A stretch of 64,000 bases of DNA from the NCBI GenBank assembly GCA_965220745.1, contig CBDCQT010000013.1:896001-960000 (forward strand), written 5' to 3'. This document shows, piece by piece, positions 1 through 12,225 of this stretch. Below the pieces are notes generated by a model. That model had not been told where the DNA came from and did not search any database. It saw only the letters and a program-made list of their open reading frames with translations. The number at the start of each line of letters is the position of its first letter. Position 1 is the first letter of the stretch. This stretch comes from Alphaproteobacteria bacterium (GTDB lineage: Bacteria; Pseudomonadota; Alphaproteobacteria; UBA828). The position numbers were made by a program, and so were the translations under genes.

Positions 1-43
1 CGCCGGCGAGCAGTGCCGCCTTGCCCTTTGTCATGAGTCTCAT
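1..43 (-). CDS. 5' end of a gene running off the window, probably an ABC substrate-binding protein (signal-peptide start)
   Basis: Minus strand reads AAGGGAGACAAGC-ATG, giving MRLMTKGKAALLAG..., a basic then hydrophobic N-terminus. Lies downstream of the ABC ATPase on the same strand. Confidence 0.4.
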   Translation of the reverse strand, partial: MRLMTKGKAALLAG

Positions 44-133
44 GCTTGTCTCCCTTACTCGGTCTACTCGCAAACCGCGGCGGTGCCTGCCGTCGATCGT
101 GTCGGCCGGCCGCTCCGGCGGGCGCGCCGCATC

Positions 134-1228
134 CTACGCCACCATGGTGCCGGAGTCGCTCAGGAAAAGTCGTGTATCGGCGCCGGCGAGCGCAATGCGC
201 ACGCTGTCACCGGCTGTATAGCGGGCGCCCGTCGCTTCCGCCACCACCATGCGAAGCGGTACGCCGGCCGCCGAAAGGTCGAGAATCGTGATGTCGCCCT
301 GGGGCTCGGTAATCTCGATCGTGGCCGGCACGCCGTCTCCGTTCTCCTCGACCAGCGAGAGGTCGTGCGGCCTGATTCCCACCAGGAGCTCGGTACCCGC
401 ACCGAGCGCCTGCAGCCTCTCGCGCCACGGGTTGCCGTCCAGTTCCATGAACGGCAGCTCGATGGCAGGCCCTGTGTTGCCGCCCAGCTTGAGCGTGCCC
501 TTGACCAGATTGATGGGCGGGTCGCCGATCAGCGAGGCGACGTGGCGGTCGACCGGCTTGGCATAGAGGCGGTCGGGGGTATCGACCTGGGCGATCTGCC
601 CGTGCTGGATCACGGCGATGCGCTCGCCGATGCTGAGCGCCTCAAGCTGATCGGGCGTCGCGTAGATCGTGGTCGTGCCGAGCTCCCGGTGCAGCCGCTT
701 GAACTCGGCCCGCATGTCGTGGCGGAGCTTCGCGTCGAGGTTGGTGAGCGGCTCGTCGAAGAGGAAGAGCCGCGGACGGCGGATGATGGCGCGCCCGATG
801 GCGAGCCGCTGCTGCTCGCCGCCGCTGAGCGAAGCCGGCCTGCGGTCGAGCGTGTGGGTGATGCGCAAAAGCTCCGCGGTCTCGCGCACGCGGCTGTCGA
901 TCTCGGCGCGTCGCATCTTCATCTCGCGCAAGGGGTAGGCGAGGTTCTGGAAGGTGGTCAGGTGGGGGTAGAGCGCGAAGCTCTGGAAGACCATCGCCAT
1001 GTCGCGCCGCTTGACCGGAGTGCCTGCGAGATCGATCCCGTCCACCATGAGCGTGCCGGCGTCCGGCTTCTCCAGCCCGGCGATGACGCGGAGCGTGGTC
1101 GTCTTTCCGGCCGCGCTCGGGCCGAACAGCACGAAGAATTCTCCGTCATCGACCTCCAGGTCGACGCCGCGCAGCGCATGCACCGAGCCATAGCTCTTGG
1201 TCAGCCCCGTGAGGCGTACCTCCGCCAT
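134..1228 (-). CDS. ABC transporter ATP-binding protein, MalK/UgpC (CUT1) family
   Basis: Walker A GPSAAGKTT, signature LSGGEQQR, Walker B LFLFDEP, C-terminal TOBE-like region (GIRPHD...). Start re-picked at MAEVRLTGLTKSYG. Confidence 0.9.
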   Translation of the reverse strand: MAEVRLTGLTKSYGSVHALRGVDLEVDDGEFFVLFGPSAAGKTTTLRVIAGLEKPDAGTLMVDGIDLAGTPVKRRDMAMVFQSFALYPHLTTFQNLAYPLREMKMRRAEIDSRVRETAELLRITHTLDRRPASLSGGEQQRLAIGRAIIRRPRLFLFDEPLTNLDAKLRHDMRAEFKRLHRELGTTTIYATPDQLEALSIGERIAVIQHGQIAQVDTPDRLYAKPVDRHVASLIGDPPINLVKGTLKLGGNTGPAIELPFMELDGNPWRERLQALGAGTELLVGIRPHDLSLVEENGDGVPATIEITEPQGDITILDLSAAGVPLRMVVAEATGARYTAGDSVRIALAGADTRLFLSDSGTMVA

Positions 1229-1526
1229 CCGATGTGCCCGCTCCGATGAATTCTCCCAGACGCGCGAGCGGCGGCCGAGCGGTCCAGCCAGGACCGCGTT
1301 CGGCTGCCTTTCGCGCGCGCACAATAGCACCATGGCCTCGCCTGCCAAACGTGCGGCGCGTGTTTCCTTTCCTTGCGACAAGCGGTTGCTCTCACGAGCC
1401 TCCTGAAACGCGCTTCACAAATGGGCCACGCTATGCAACAACCCGGCCCCGACGGTCGTCGGCGTGGCTCAGAAGTCCCGCAATTCGGCCCGTCGCCCTT
1501 TTGAACGAGAAGCAGCACCTTCGCCT

Positions 1527-1745
1527 ATGGCCAAAGAGGACTTGCTCGAGTTTTCCGGCACGGTTCGCGAGAAGCTGCCGGACACGATGTTCCGCGTGGC
1601 GCTCGATAACGGTCACGAGATCATCGCGCGCCCGGCGGGCAAGATGCGCAAGTTCCGCATCCGCGTGCTCGTCGGCGACCGGGTCGATGTCGAGATGACG
1701 CCCTACGATCTGTCGAAGGGCCGCATCATCTTCCGCCACAAGTAG
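1527..1745 (+). CDS. infA: Translation initiation factor IF-1
   Basis: 72 aa [31 protein letters not shown]...[35 protein letters not shown], a typical IF-1 sequence. Confidence 0.97.
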   Translation: MAKEDLLEFSGTVREKLPDTMFRVALDNGHEIIARPAGKMRKFRIRVLVGDRVDVEMTPYDLSKGRIIFRHK

Positions 1746-1811
1746 GCTAAGAGCAGGCGAGTAGGGCGCGCAACGGGCGGAGCCTCCCGTCCGCACGCCT
1801 CCCCCGTACTC

Positions 1812-1820
1812 TGTTATGAT
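1812..1820 (+). promoter_or_regulatory. Possible extended -10 promoter element upstream of the haloacid dehalogenase
   Basis: TGTTATGAT (TGn-TATGAT) about 26 nt before the ATG, which has a GGAGG/GAGGGG RBS. Confidence 0.3.
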
Positions 1821-1846
1821 CGGGAGGTATCGGGAGGAAGAGGGGC

Positions 1847-2536
1847 ATGGCCCATCCACGCTTCGGCGATATCGCGGCCTGCGTCTTCGACGCCTACGGC
1901 ACACTGTTCGACTACAACGCGGCGGCCGGGCGCCACGTTGCGGCGCTCGGCGACAAGGCCGCTCCGCTCGCCGAGCTCTGGCGTCACAAGCAGCTCCAGT
2001 ACACCTGGCTGCGCAGCCTGATGGGCCGCTACACGGGGTTCTGGCAAGTCACGGGCGACGCGCTCGATTTCTCCATGGGGGAGCTCGGTATCGAGGACGA
2101 CGCGCTGCGCGCCCGGCTGATGGAGGCCTACCGCACCCTGGACGCCTACCCGGAGGTGCCGGAAACGCTGGCGACGCTCAGGGCGCACGGGCTCAAGACC
2201 GCTATCCTCTCGAACGGCGAGCCCGAGATGCTGGCGGCGGCGGTCGAGGCGGCAGGAATCGGTGACAGTCTCGATGCGGTGCTCTCGGTCGAGGAAGTCG
2301 GCATCTTCAAGCCTCATCCCTCTGTCTACCAACTGGTGGTGGATCGGCTCGGCGTGCCGCCGGCCAAGGTGAGCTTCCAATCCTCGAACGCGTGGGACGC
2401 CAACGGGGCGGCAGCCTTCGGCTTCCGCGTCGCTTGGTGCAACCGCTTCGGTCAAGGGCAGGAGCGTATCCCGGAGGCGCCCGACGCCGAGATCAAGACC
2501 CTCGCGGAGCTTCCTCCCCTACTGGGCGTCGCCTGA
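1847..2536 (+). CDS. Haloacid dehalogenase type II (L-2-haloalkanoic acid dehalogenase)
   Basis: FDAYGTLFD nucleophile motif, WRxKQLQYTW, ILSNG, FKPHPSVY and SSNAWD. Confidence 0.92.
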   Translation: MAHPRFGDIAACVFDAYGTLFDYNAAAGRHVAALGDKAAPLAELWRHKQLQYTWLRSLMGRYTGFWQVTGDALDFSMGELGIEDDALRARLMEAYRTLDAYPEVPETLATLRAHGLKTAILSNGEPEMLAAAVEAAGIGDSLDAVLSVEEVGIFKPHPSVYQLVVDRLGVPPAKVSFQSSNAWDANGAAAFGFRVAWCNRFGQGQERIPEAPDAEIKTLAELPPLLGVA

Positions 2537-2546
2537 GGATCGCGCC

Positions 2547-3158
2547 ATGCGCCTGTTGCAAGTCCTTGGCCTGATCGCGCTCCTGGCCGCGGGCGCTGCA
2601 GCGACGGGCGCCGCGCAGGCCGACTCGTGGCTGGCCGGTCGGGTGCTGGTCGCGAGCGAGCACATGCCCGACCCGCGCTTCCAGGAGACCGTGATCTATC
2701 TCGTCGATCACGACGAGAACGGCGCGTTCGGACTGGTCGTCAACAAGCCGATCAGCACCGCGCCGATCGAGGGACTTCTCGATCGGCTTGGCATCGACCT
2801 CGACGATGAGGGCCTGGACGCGCTGCGCAGCGGCCCCATAACCCTGCATTACGGCGGCCCGGTTCAGCCGGAAATCGGCTTCCTGCTGCACTCGGCCGAG
2901 TACGCGATCCGCGGAACCAGGGTCCTCTCCGGCGCGTTCGCGCTCACCACCAACCTCGAGGTGCTGGTCGACGTCGCGTTCGGTCGTGGGCCGCGCCGCA
3001 GCCTGCTGATCTTTGGTTATTCCGGCTGGGGGCCGTCGCAGCTCGAGAGCGAGCTCGCGCGCGGTGACTGGGCGGTGATCGACGCCGATCCCGACCTCGT
3101 GCTGGGCACCGACCACGAGAGCAAATGGCGCCGCCTGCTCGGCGGCATCATCATTTGA
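2547..3158 (+). CDS. YqgE/AlgH family protein with an N-terminal signal peptide
   Basis: LVASEHMPDPRF, GAFGLVVNKP, YGGPV and GYSGWGPSQLESEL. N-terminus is MRLLQVLGLIALLAAGAAATGAAQA. Confidence 0.88.
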   Translation: MRLLQVLGLIALLAAGAAATGAAQADSWLAGRVLVASEHMPDPRFQETVIYLVDHDENGAFGLVVNKPISTAPIEGLLDRLGIDLDDEGLDALRSGPITLHYGGPVQPEIGFLLHSAEYAIRGTRVLSGAFALTTNLEVLVDVAFGRGPRRSLLIFGYSGWGPSQLESELARGDWAVIDADPDLVLGTDHESKWRRLLGGIII

Positions 3159-3164
3159 ATCGCC

Positions 3165-3190
3165 GCCTGCAGACCGCAGGCCAGGTTTTA
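3165..3190 (+). terminator. Possible intrinsic terminator between the convergent yqgE-like gene and secA
   Basis: Hairpin GCCTGC-agacc-GCAGGC followed by caggTTTT. The stem is short and the U-tract is displaced. Confidence 0.3.
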
Positions 3191-3215
3191 CGCGAGAGGA
3201 CGAGGCCCCGGCCGC

Positions 3216-6014
<2,799 letters not shown>

Positions 6015-6168
6015 GGCATCATCCCGACAACTATCGCCCGCCGCCGCATGCAGCGACGCCAGTAACCGAGAGATAGGCGTGCGTTCGGGTCCTGTCAACG
6101 CGGCGCGGTATTCGTCTCGCTCCGGCTCTGCTTGTATGTTTGGCGCGGCCCGCCACCAGGAGAGGTCG

Positions 6169-7404
6169 ATGACCGCGATATCACCCCTTGCGCCCGCGCG
6201 CTTCCCCGATATGCCGCCGGTTCCCGGCGTTCGGCTTGCCGCTGCCGAGGCGCGGCTGCGCTACAAGGGCCGGCCCGATCTTCTGCTCGCGTCCTTCGCG
6301 CCGGGGACGACGGTCGCCGGCACGCTCACCCGCTCGCATACGGCGGCGCCGCCGGTGCACTGGTGCCGGGCGCTGCTGGGCGAGGGCGATGGCACGGCAC
6401 GGGCGCTGGTGGTCAATGCCGGCAACGCGAACGCCGCGACCGGGGAGCAGGGCCACGCCGCCGTGCGTCAGACCGTCGATGCGGCCGCCGCGCTGGTGGG
6501 CTGCCGGGCGGACGAGGTTTACGTCAGCTCCACCGGGGTGATTGGCGAGCAGCTGCCGGTGGAAAAGCTGACCGCCGCGCTGACCCCGCTTCACGCCCGC
6601 CTCGCGGACGACACCTGGCCCGAGGCTGTGGCCGCGATCATGACCACGGATACCTTCCCCAAGGGTGCTTCGGCCAAGGCCGAGATCGACGGCGTGCCGG
6701 TGGTCATCAATGGTATCACCAAGGGCTCCGGCATGATCGCGCCGAACATGGCCACCATGCTCGCCTACGTGTTCACCGACGCGAACCTGCCGGCAGCGGC
6801 GCTGGGGCCTCTGGTCCGGCGCGGCGTGAACCGCTCGTTCAACGCCATCACGGTGGACGGCGATACCTCGACCAACGACACCTGCCTGCTCTTCGCCACC
6901 GGCGCTGCGGGGAACCGGCGGATCGGGCGGGCGGGCGACCCGCGGCTCCAAGGGTTCCGTACCGCGCTGGAGGGCGTGCTGACCGACTTGGCCCAGCAGA
7001 TCGTGCGGGACGGGGAGGGGGCCCAGAAGCTGGTTTCGATCACGGTGCGCGGCGCGGCTTCGGAGGCGGCAGCCCGCAAGCTCGGGCTCGCCATCGCCAA
7101 CTCGCCGCTGGTGAAGACGGCGATCGCCGGCGAGGACCCCAACTGGGGACGGATCGTCGCCGTGGTGGGCCGGGCTGGCGTGGCCTTCGACCAGGCGCGG
7201 CTCTCGATCTGGCTCGGCGGCGAGCGCGCGGCCAAGGACGGTGTGGCCGATCCCGCCTTCGACGAGCCGGCGGCGGCCCGCCACATGCAGGGGCAGGAGG
7301 TCGACCTCGCCGTCGAGATTGGTGCGGGCCCCGGCTCGGCAACCGTCTGGACCTGCGACCTGACCCACGGCTACATCGAGATTAATGCCGACTACCGCAC
7401 CTGA
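6169..7404 (+). CDS. argJ: Bifunctional glutamate N-acetyltransferase/amino-acid acetyltransferase ArgJ
   Basis: [52 protein letters not shown] and [10 protein letters not shown]. Confidence 0.97.
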   Translation: MTAISPLAPARFPDMPPVPGVRLAAAEARLRYKGRPDLLLASFAPGTTVAGTLTRSHTAAPPVHWCRALLGEGDGTARALVVNAGNANAATGEQGHAAVRQTVDAAAALVGCRADEVYVSSTGVIGEQLPVEKLTAALTPLHARLADDTWPEAVAAIMTTDTFPKGASAKAEIDGVPVVINGITKGSGMIAPNMATMLAYVFTDANLPAAALGPLVRRGVNRSFNAITVDGDTSTNDTCLLFATGAAGNRRIGRAGDPRLQGFRTALEGVLTDLAQQIVRDGEGAQKLVSITVRGAASEAAARKLGLAIANSPLVKTAIAGEDPNWGRIVAVVGRAGVAFDQARLSIWLGGERAAKDGVADPAFDEPAAARHMQGQEVDLAVEIGAGPGSATVWTCDLTHGYIEINADYRT

Positions 7405-7810
7405 CGGGTCGCGTCCCCTTGTCCTGGTGGCGGCGGTCGCGCTGGTCGATGCCGACGGCCGCGTGCTGCTGGCGCGCAGGCCGCCGGGCAAGGCCATGGC
7501 GGGGCTGTGGGAGTTCCCCGGCGGTAAGGTTGCGCCCGGCGAGACGCCCGAGCGCGCGCTGATTCGCGAGCTGCGCGAGGAGCTCGGGATCGACACGGAG
7601 CAGAGCTGCCTCGCGCCTCTGGCTTTCGCTTCCCATAGCTACGACGACTTCCACCTCCTCATGCCGCTCTACATCTGCCGGATATGGAACGGCTTCGTGA
7701 CGGCGAAGGAGAGGCAGGAGCTCCGCTGGGTTCGGCCCGCGCGGCTCCGCGACTTCCCCATGCCGCCGGCCGATGCGCCGCTGATCCCCGTGCTGCGCGA
7801 CCTGCTCTAA
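7385..7810 (+). CDS. mutT: 8-oxo-dGTP diphosphatase, MutT/Nudix family
   Basis: Nudix box WEFPGGKVAPGETPERALIRELREELG and FASHSYDDFHLLMPLY. Follows argJ, as in other alphaproteobacteria. Confidence 0.9.
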   Translation: MPTTAPDGSRPLVLVAAVALVDADGRVLLARRPPGKAMAGLWEFPGGKVAPGETPERALIRELREELGIDTEQSCLAPLAFASHSYDDFHLLMPLYICRIWNGFVTAKERQELRWVRPARLRDFPMPPADAPLIPVLRDLL

Positions 7811-7813
7811 CCC

Positions 7814-8932
7814 ATGAGAATCGCCGCCATCGAGATCACGCGTCACCGCATTCCGCTCGACCCGCCGGTGCCGGTCTCGTGGGACAGCAGGTCGCGCGAG
7901 AGCTTCACCATCAACCTCGTTCGCGTGCGCACCGACCAGGGACTTGAAGGCGTCGCGGCGGGCGATTCGATGGGTGGGTTCGACGAGCACGCCGACCTGT
8001 TTCTCGGCCGCGACCCGCGCGATATCGAGCGCCATCACGCGGTGCTCGACAATCTCTGCTTCCACTACGGGCGCTGGTGGCCGCTCGACCTAGCGCTCTG
8101 GGACCTGCGCGGCAAGATCGAGAATGAGCCGGTGTTTCGCCTGCTGGGCGGCACCGACAACCGTGTGCGAGCCTATGCCTCGACGGCGCTCTGGCGCGAC
8201 GAGGCCGCGAGCCGCGAGACCACGCAAGCGCTCGTCGCCCGTGGCTTCAAGGCAATCAAGCTGCGCTTCTCCACCGACGACCGGCGCCGTGATATGGCGC
8301 GCGCCGCCGCCGTGCGCGACGCCGTCGGCCCCGGCATCGACCTGATGGTCGATTGCAACCAGGCTTGGCGCATGTCCTGGGACACCGCGCCGCCGTGGGA
8401 TCTGGCGACCGCCCGCGAGGTGGCGCATGCGCTGGCCGAGCTCGACGTCTACTGGGTGGAGGAGCCGCTGCATCGGGGCGATTACGCCGGCATGGCGGCG
8501 CTGCGGGCCGAGACTGGAGTGAGGATCGCGGGCGGCGAAGTGACCCGCGAAGCCCACGAGTTCCGCACCTTGATCGAGCGCGGCTGCCTCGACGTGCTGC
8601 AGCCGGACTGTGTCTTCGTTGGCGGCATCACGGGATGCGCGCGCATCGCCGCGGCGTCACATGAGGCTGGCCTGATGTTCACGCCGCACACCTGGGGGAG
8701 CGGCCTGGGCCTGCTGGCCAACGCCCAGCTGACGGTCGGCGTCGGCGGTGCGCCCTACCTGGAGTTCCCCTTCGATCCGCCGGACTGGGTGCCGACACGG
8801 CGCGACTTCGGCCTCAAGGAGCCGATCGAGGTCGACGACGAGGGGTGGCTTGCGCTGCCGGATCGCCCAGGCCTCGGCGCCACACTCGACGAAAACGTGC
8901 TGCGTGACACTCTGATTGACGGGGCGGGATGA
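7814..8932 (+). CDS. Mandelate racemase/muconate lactonizing enzyme family (enolase superfamily)
   Basis: KAIKLR, metal ligands LMVDCNQ, WVEEP and AGGE, plus LQPD, PHTW and C-terminal PDRPGLG. Confidence 0.9.
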   Translation: MRIAAIEITRHRIPLDPPVPVSWDSRSRESFTINLVRVRTDQGLEGVAAGDSMGGFDEHADLFLGRDPRDIERHHAVLDNLCFHYGRWWPLDLALWDLRGKIENEPVFRLLGGTDNRVRAYASTALWRDEAASRETTQALVARGFKAIKLRFSTDDRRRDMARAAAVRDAVGPGIDLMVDCNQAWRMSWDTAPPWDLATAREVAHALAELDVYWVEEPLHRGDYAGMAALRAETGVRIAGGEVTREAHEFRTLIERGCLDVLQPDCVFVGGITGCARIAAASHEAGLMFTPHTWGSGLGLLANAQLTVGVGGAPYLEFPFDPPDWVPTRRDFGLKEPIEVDDEGWLALPDRPGLGATLDENVLRDTLIDGAG

Positions 8933-8986
8933 CACAGGTGCCCGCAGCCTCCATGATCCGCGTCCCAAGCCACGACTGCCGAGGAG

Positions 8987-10396
8987 TTGCCGGTGACCGA
9001 TGATCTTTGCTTCACGCCCGCCACCGAACTCAGCCCCCTGATCCGGCGCAAGGAGCTCTCGCCGGTCGAGCTGATCGACGCGGTGCTGGCTCGCATCGAG
9101 GCTTGCGAGCCCCGCGTCAACGCCTTCGCAACGCTGACCGCGGAGCGGGCGCGGGAGGCCGCAAAGCGCGCGGAGGCTGCGTTGATGAAGGGCGATGCCT
9201 CGGGCGCGCTCTTCGGCCTGCCCGTCACCATCAAGGATCTGACCGAGACCGCCGGGATCCCCACCGAGCGCGGCTCCCATTCGCTGAAGGACCACGTGCC
9301 GACGGTGGACGCGCCCGTGATTCCGCGGCTGGAGGAGGCCGGCGCCATCATCCTCGGCAAGACCACCACGTCGGAGTTCGGCTGGTCCGGCGTGAGCAAC
9401 AGCCCGCTCACCGGCATCACCTCGAACCCGTGGAAGGAGGGCTACAACGCGGGCGCCTCCTCGGCCGGCGCCGGGGCGGCTGCGGCGGCGGGCTACGGGC
9501 CGCTGCACCAGGGCTCGGACGGCGCCGGCTCGATCCGTATGCCCTCGCACTTCAGCGGCATCTTCGGCCTGAAGCCCACGTATGGGCGCGTACCCAACTG
9601 GCCGGTGCCGAACAACGATCAGGTCTCCCACGTGGGACCCATGACCCGCACGGTGGGCGACGCCGCGCTGATGCTGCAGGCGATGGCAGGCCCGCACCCG
9701 TGGGATCACACCAGCCTGGAGGCCCCGCCCGCCGACTATCCGGCGAGGCTCGACGACGGGATCGCAGGGCTCAAGGTCGCCTTCAGCCCGGACCTCGGGC
9801 ACGCCCGCGTCGATCCGGACGTGGCGGCGCTGGTGCAGAGCGCGGCCGAGGCGTTCGACGCGCTGGGCTGCACCGTGGAGAGCCCGGCGCTGCCCTTCGG
9901 CCCGGAGGGGCCCGAGATCATTCGCCTGCTCTGGCCGATCCATCTCCACGCCTACCGCCCGCTGCTCGACGAGTTCGAGGACCGCATGGACCCCGGCTTG
10001 GTCGCCTGCATCCGCGCGGCTGACGGGGTGACGGGTGCGACCTATCTGGAGACGCGGGCGCGCAAGTTAGCCTATGCGGAGGCGGTGCATCGCTTCTTCG
10101 AGGAGTGGGACCTGCTGCTCACGCCGGCCGTCTCCGTGGCGGCGTTCCCGGCCGAGCGGCTGCAGCCCGAGCACTGGCCGTCCCATCCGTGGGACTGGAT
10201 CATGTGGGCCGAGTTCTCCTACCCCTTCAACTTCAGTCAGAACCCCGCGGCGTCCGTGCCCTGCGGCTTCACCGATGCGGGGCTCCCGGTCGGCCTGCAG
10301 ATCGTAGGCAAGCGCTTCACCGATCTGACCGTGCTCCAGGCAGCCCGCGCCTTCGAGCAGGCGCGCCCGTGGGCGGACAAGCGGCCGGCGTTGTGA
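8987..10396 (+). CDS. Amidase signature family protein (GatA-like)
   Basis: GLPVTIKDL, LGKTTTSEFG, AGASSAGAG, GSDGAGSIRMP and GLPVGLQIVG. The Lys-cisSer-Ser triad is present. Confidence 0.93.
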   Translation: MPVTDDLCFTPATELSPLIRRKELSPVELIDAVLARIEACEPRVNAFATLTAERAREAAKRAEAALMKGDASGALFGLPVTIKDLTETAGIPTERGSHSLKDHVPTVDAPVIPRLEEAGAIILGKTTTSEFGWSGVSNSPLTGITSNPWKEGYNAGASSAGAGAAAAAGYGPLHQGSDGAGSIRMPSHFSGIFGLKPTYGRVPNWPVPNNDQVSHVGPMTRTVGDAALMLQAMAGPHPWDHTSLEAPPADYPARLDDGIAGLKVAFSPDLGHARVDPDVAALVQSAAEAFDALGCTVESPALPFGPEGPEIIRLLWPIHLHAYRPLLDEFEDRMDPGLVACIRAADGVTGATYLETRARKLAYAEAVHRFFEEWDLLLTPAVSVAAFPAERLQPEHWPSHPWDWIMWAEFSYPFNFSQNPAASVPCGFTDAGLPVGLQIVGKRFTDLTVLQAARAFEQARPWADKRPAL

Positions 10397-10443
10397 CCGG
10401 CGGTAGGCATTGCAGCTAACACACAAGGAGATTGCGGCACTGC

Positions 10444-10473
10444 TTGCCGGCTCCCGGCGCCTGACGCTATAAG
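10444..10473 (+). promoter_or_regulatory. Sigma70-type promoter for tRNA-Pro
   Basis: TTGCCG-N18-TATAAG followed by a GC-rich discriminator, about 47 nt upstream of the tRNA. Confidence 0.55.
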
Positions 10474-10520
10474 GGGCGCGCGCGAGGGCCGGCATTGCAT
10501 CGCCTGCGCGCACCCTCGGT

Positions 10521-10597
10521 CGGAGTGTAGCTCAGCTTGGTAGAGCACCGTCTTCGGGAGGCGGGGGTCGGTGGTTCAAATCCACTCACTCCGACCA
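10521..10597 (+). tRNA. tRNA-Pro(CGG)
   Basis: Acceptor stem CGGAGTG/CACTCCG, D arm AGCTCAGCTTGGTAGAGC, anticodon arm CCGTC-TT-CGG-GA-GGCGG, T arm GGTGGTTCAAATCCACT, encoded ACCA end. 77 nt. Confidence 0.97.
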
Positions 10598-10863
10598 ATC
10601 CTTTCAAGCACTTAGCCGCCTCCCGACCATCCCCGAAATCCGCTATTTCCGTGCATTTGTGCGGAAACGCCCCGAATCGAACTTCTGTCGGTCGCCAGGG
10701 CGCGCGCCGGTGCGTCGTGGGAGCGCCGGCGATACCTGCCCGCGCGATCTCCTGTCGCGCGGTGCTCGGCTTGGAAGAGGGCGCGGGCTTGCTCTAGACT
10801 GACCGGCAGAGGGAGTTGGCCGGCTCGCCGCCGGGCGGCGGGTCGGAACAGGGGAGAGACTGG

Positions 10864-11727
10864 ATGAAACCGCCACCGTTCGACTACTGCTGTCCGGATT
10901 CCCTGGACGAGGCGCTGGCGCTGCTTGCAGAGCACGGCGAGGAGGCCAAGGTGATCGCGGGCGGCCAGAGCCTGGTGCCGATGCTGAACCTGCGGGCGCT
11001 GCATCCGGGCGTGCTGATCGACATCAACCGGCTGCCAGGTCTCGACTACATCAACCTGGAGAATGGGCAGCTCAGGGTTGGCGCGCTGGCGCGGCACAAG
11101 GCAGTGCTGGGCTCGGCGGCCGTGCAGGAAGCTTCGCCGCTGATGGCTCTGGCCTACCCCTATGTCTCCCACGGGCCGATCCGCAACCGCGGCACGCTCT
11201 GCGGCAATCTCTGCCACAACGACCCGGCGTCGGAGATGCCGGCGGTGGCGCTCGCGAGCGATGCGGAGATGGTGCTGCAGAGCACGGGAGGCACGCGCAC
11301 CGTCGGCGCGGCTGACTTCTTCACCGGCACGCTCTCCACAGCGGCGGAGGCCAACGAGCTCCTGGTCGAGGTCCGCGTGCCCCGCGCGCCGGCCGGCCAG
11401 GGCGCGGGCTTTCACGAGGTGAGTCCTCGCAAGGGCGACTTCGCCTACGTGGCCGTGGGCGCGACGCTGCAAGTAGCGGACGGCGTCTGTACCGGCGCGC
11501 GGATCGTCTGCGCCGGCGTGGGCGACGGGCCGCACCGGGCGCACGCCGCCGAGGATGCGCTCACGGGCGCAGCACCCGGAGACGATGCCTTCCGCCAGGC
11601 GGCTGCGGCGGCGGCCGACAGCATCGACCCCAACGAAGACTTTCACGCGGACGCGGACTATCGTCGCGATCTGGTGCGCAGCCTGACCCGGCGCGCCCTC
11701 GCCGACGCCGCCTCCCGCTGCAACTGA
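10864..11727 (+). CDS. Molybdenum hydroxylase FAD-binding subunit (CoxM/CutM-like), module 1
   Basis: MKPPPFDY, IAGGQSLVPMLNLR and IRNRGTLCGNLCHNDP. Confidence 0.93.
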   Translation: MKPPPFDYCCPDSLDEALALLAEHGEEAKVIAGGQSLVPMLNLRALHPGVLIDINRLPGLDYINLENGQLRVGALARHKAVLGSAAVQEASPLMALAYPYVSHGPIRNRGTLCGNLCHNDPASEMPAVALASDAEMVLQSTGGTRTVGAADFFTGTLSTAAEANELLVEVRVPRAPAGQGAGFHEVSPRKGDFAYVAVGATLQVADGVCTGARIVCAGVGDGPHRAHAAEDALTGAAPGDDAFRQAAAAAADSIDPNEDFHADADYRRDLVRSLTRRALADAASRCN

Positions 11728-11733
11728 AGGGAG

Positions 11734-12225
11734 GTGGAGATGACGACGCCACGCACCGTCGAGCTTGTCGTCAACGGCGAGAGCCGCGCCGGCGACGCCG
11801 AGCCGCGCATGCTGCTGAGCGACTTCCTGCGCGAGCAGCTCGGGCTCACCGGCACTCACGTGGGATGCGAGCACGGGGTCTGCGGCGCCTGCACCGTGCT
11901 GGTCAACGGCGAGGCCGCGCGCTCCTGCCTGATGCTCGCCGTCCAGGCGGAGGGCGCGGAAGTCCGCACCATCGAGGGCCTCGGCGGTGTCGACGACATG
12001 CACCCGCTGCAGGAGGCCTTCTGGGAGAAGCACGGCCTGCAATGCGGCTTCTGTACCCCCGGAATGCTCATGACGGCGGTCGAGCTGCTGGAGAGCACGC
12101 CCAACCCGAGCCTCGACGACATCCGCGAGGCGATCTCGAGCAATCTTTGCCGTTGTACTGGATATCAGACCATCGTCGAGGCGGTGCAGGCCGCGGCCGA
12201 ACGGATGCAGGGAGAGGCGCAATGA
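11734..12225 (+). CDS. Molybdenum hydroxylase [2Fe-2S] subunit (CoxS/CutS-like), module 1
   Basis: GCEHGVCGACTV...SC and LQCGFCTPG...NLCRCTGY. Confidence 0.95.
   Translation: MEMTTPRTVELVVNGESRAGDAEPRMLLSDFLREQLGLTGTHVGCEHGVCGACTVLVNGEAARSCLMLAVQAEGAEVRTIEGLGGVDDMHPLQEAFWEKHGLQCGFCTPGMLMTAVELLESTPNPSLDDIREAISSNLCRCTGYQTIVEAVQAAAERMQGEAQ

Noticed and set aside
1527-1745. infA as a divergent second paralog
   Set aside because: A few unusual residues (ARPAGK) and the non-standard neighbourhood are suggestive, but paralogy cannot be judged from one window.
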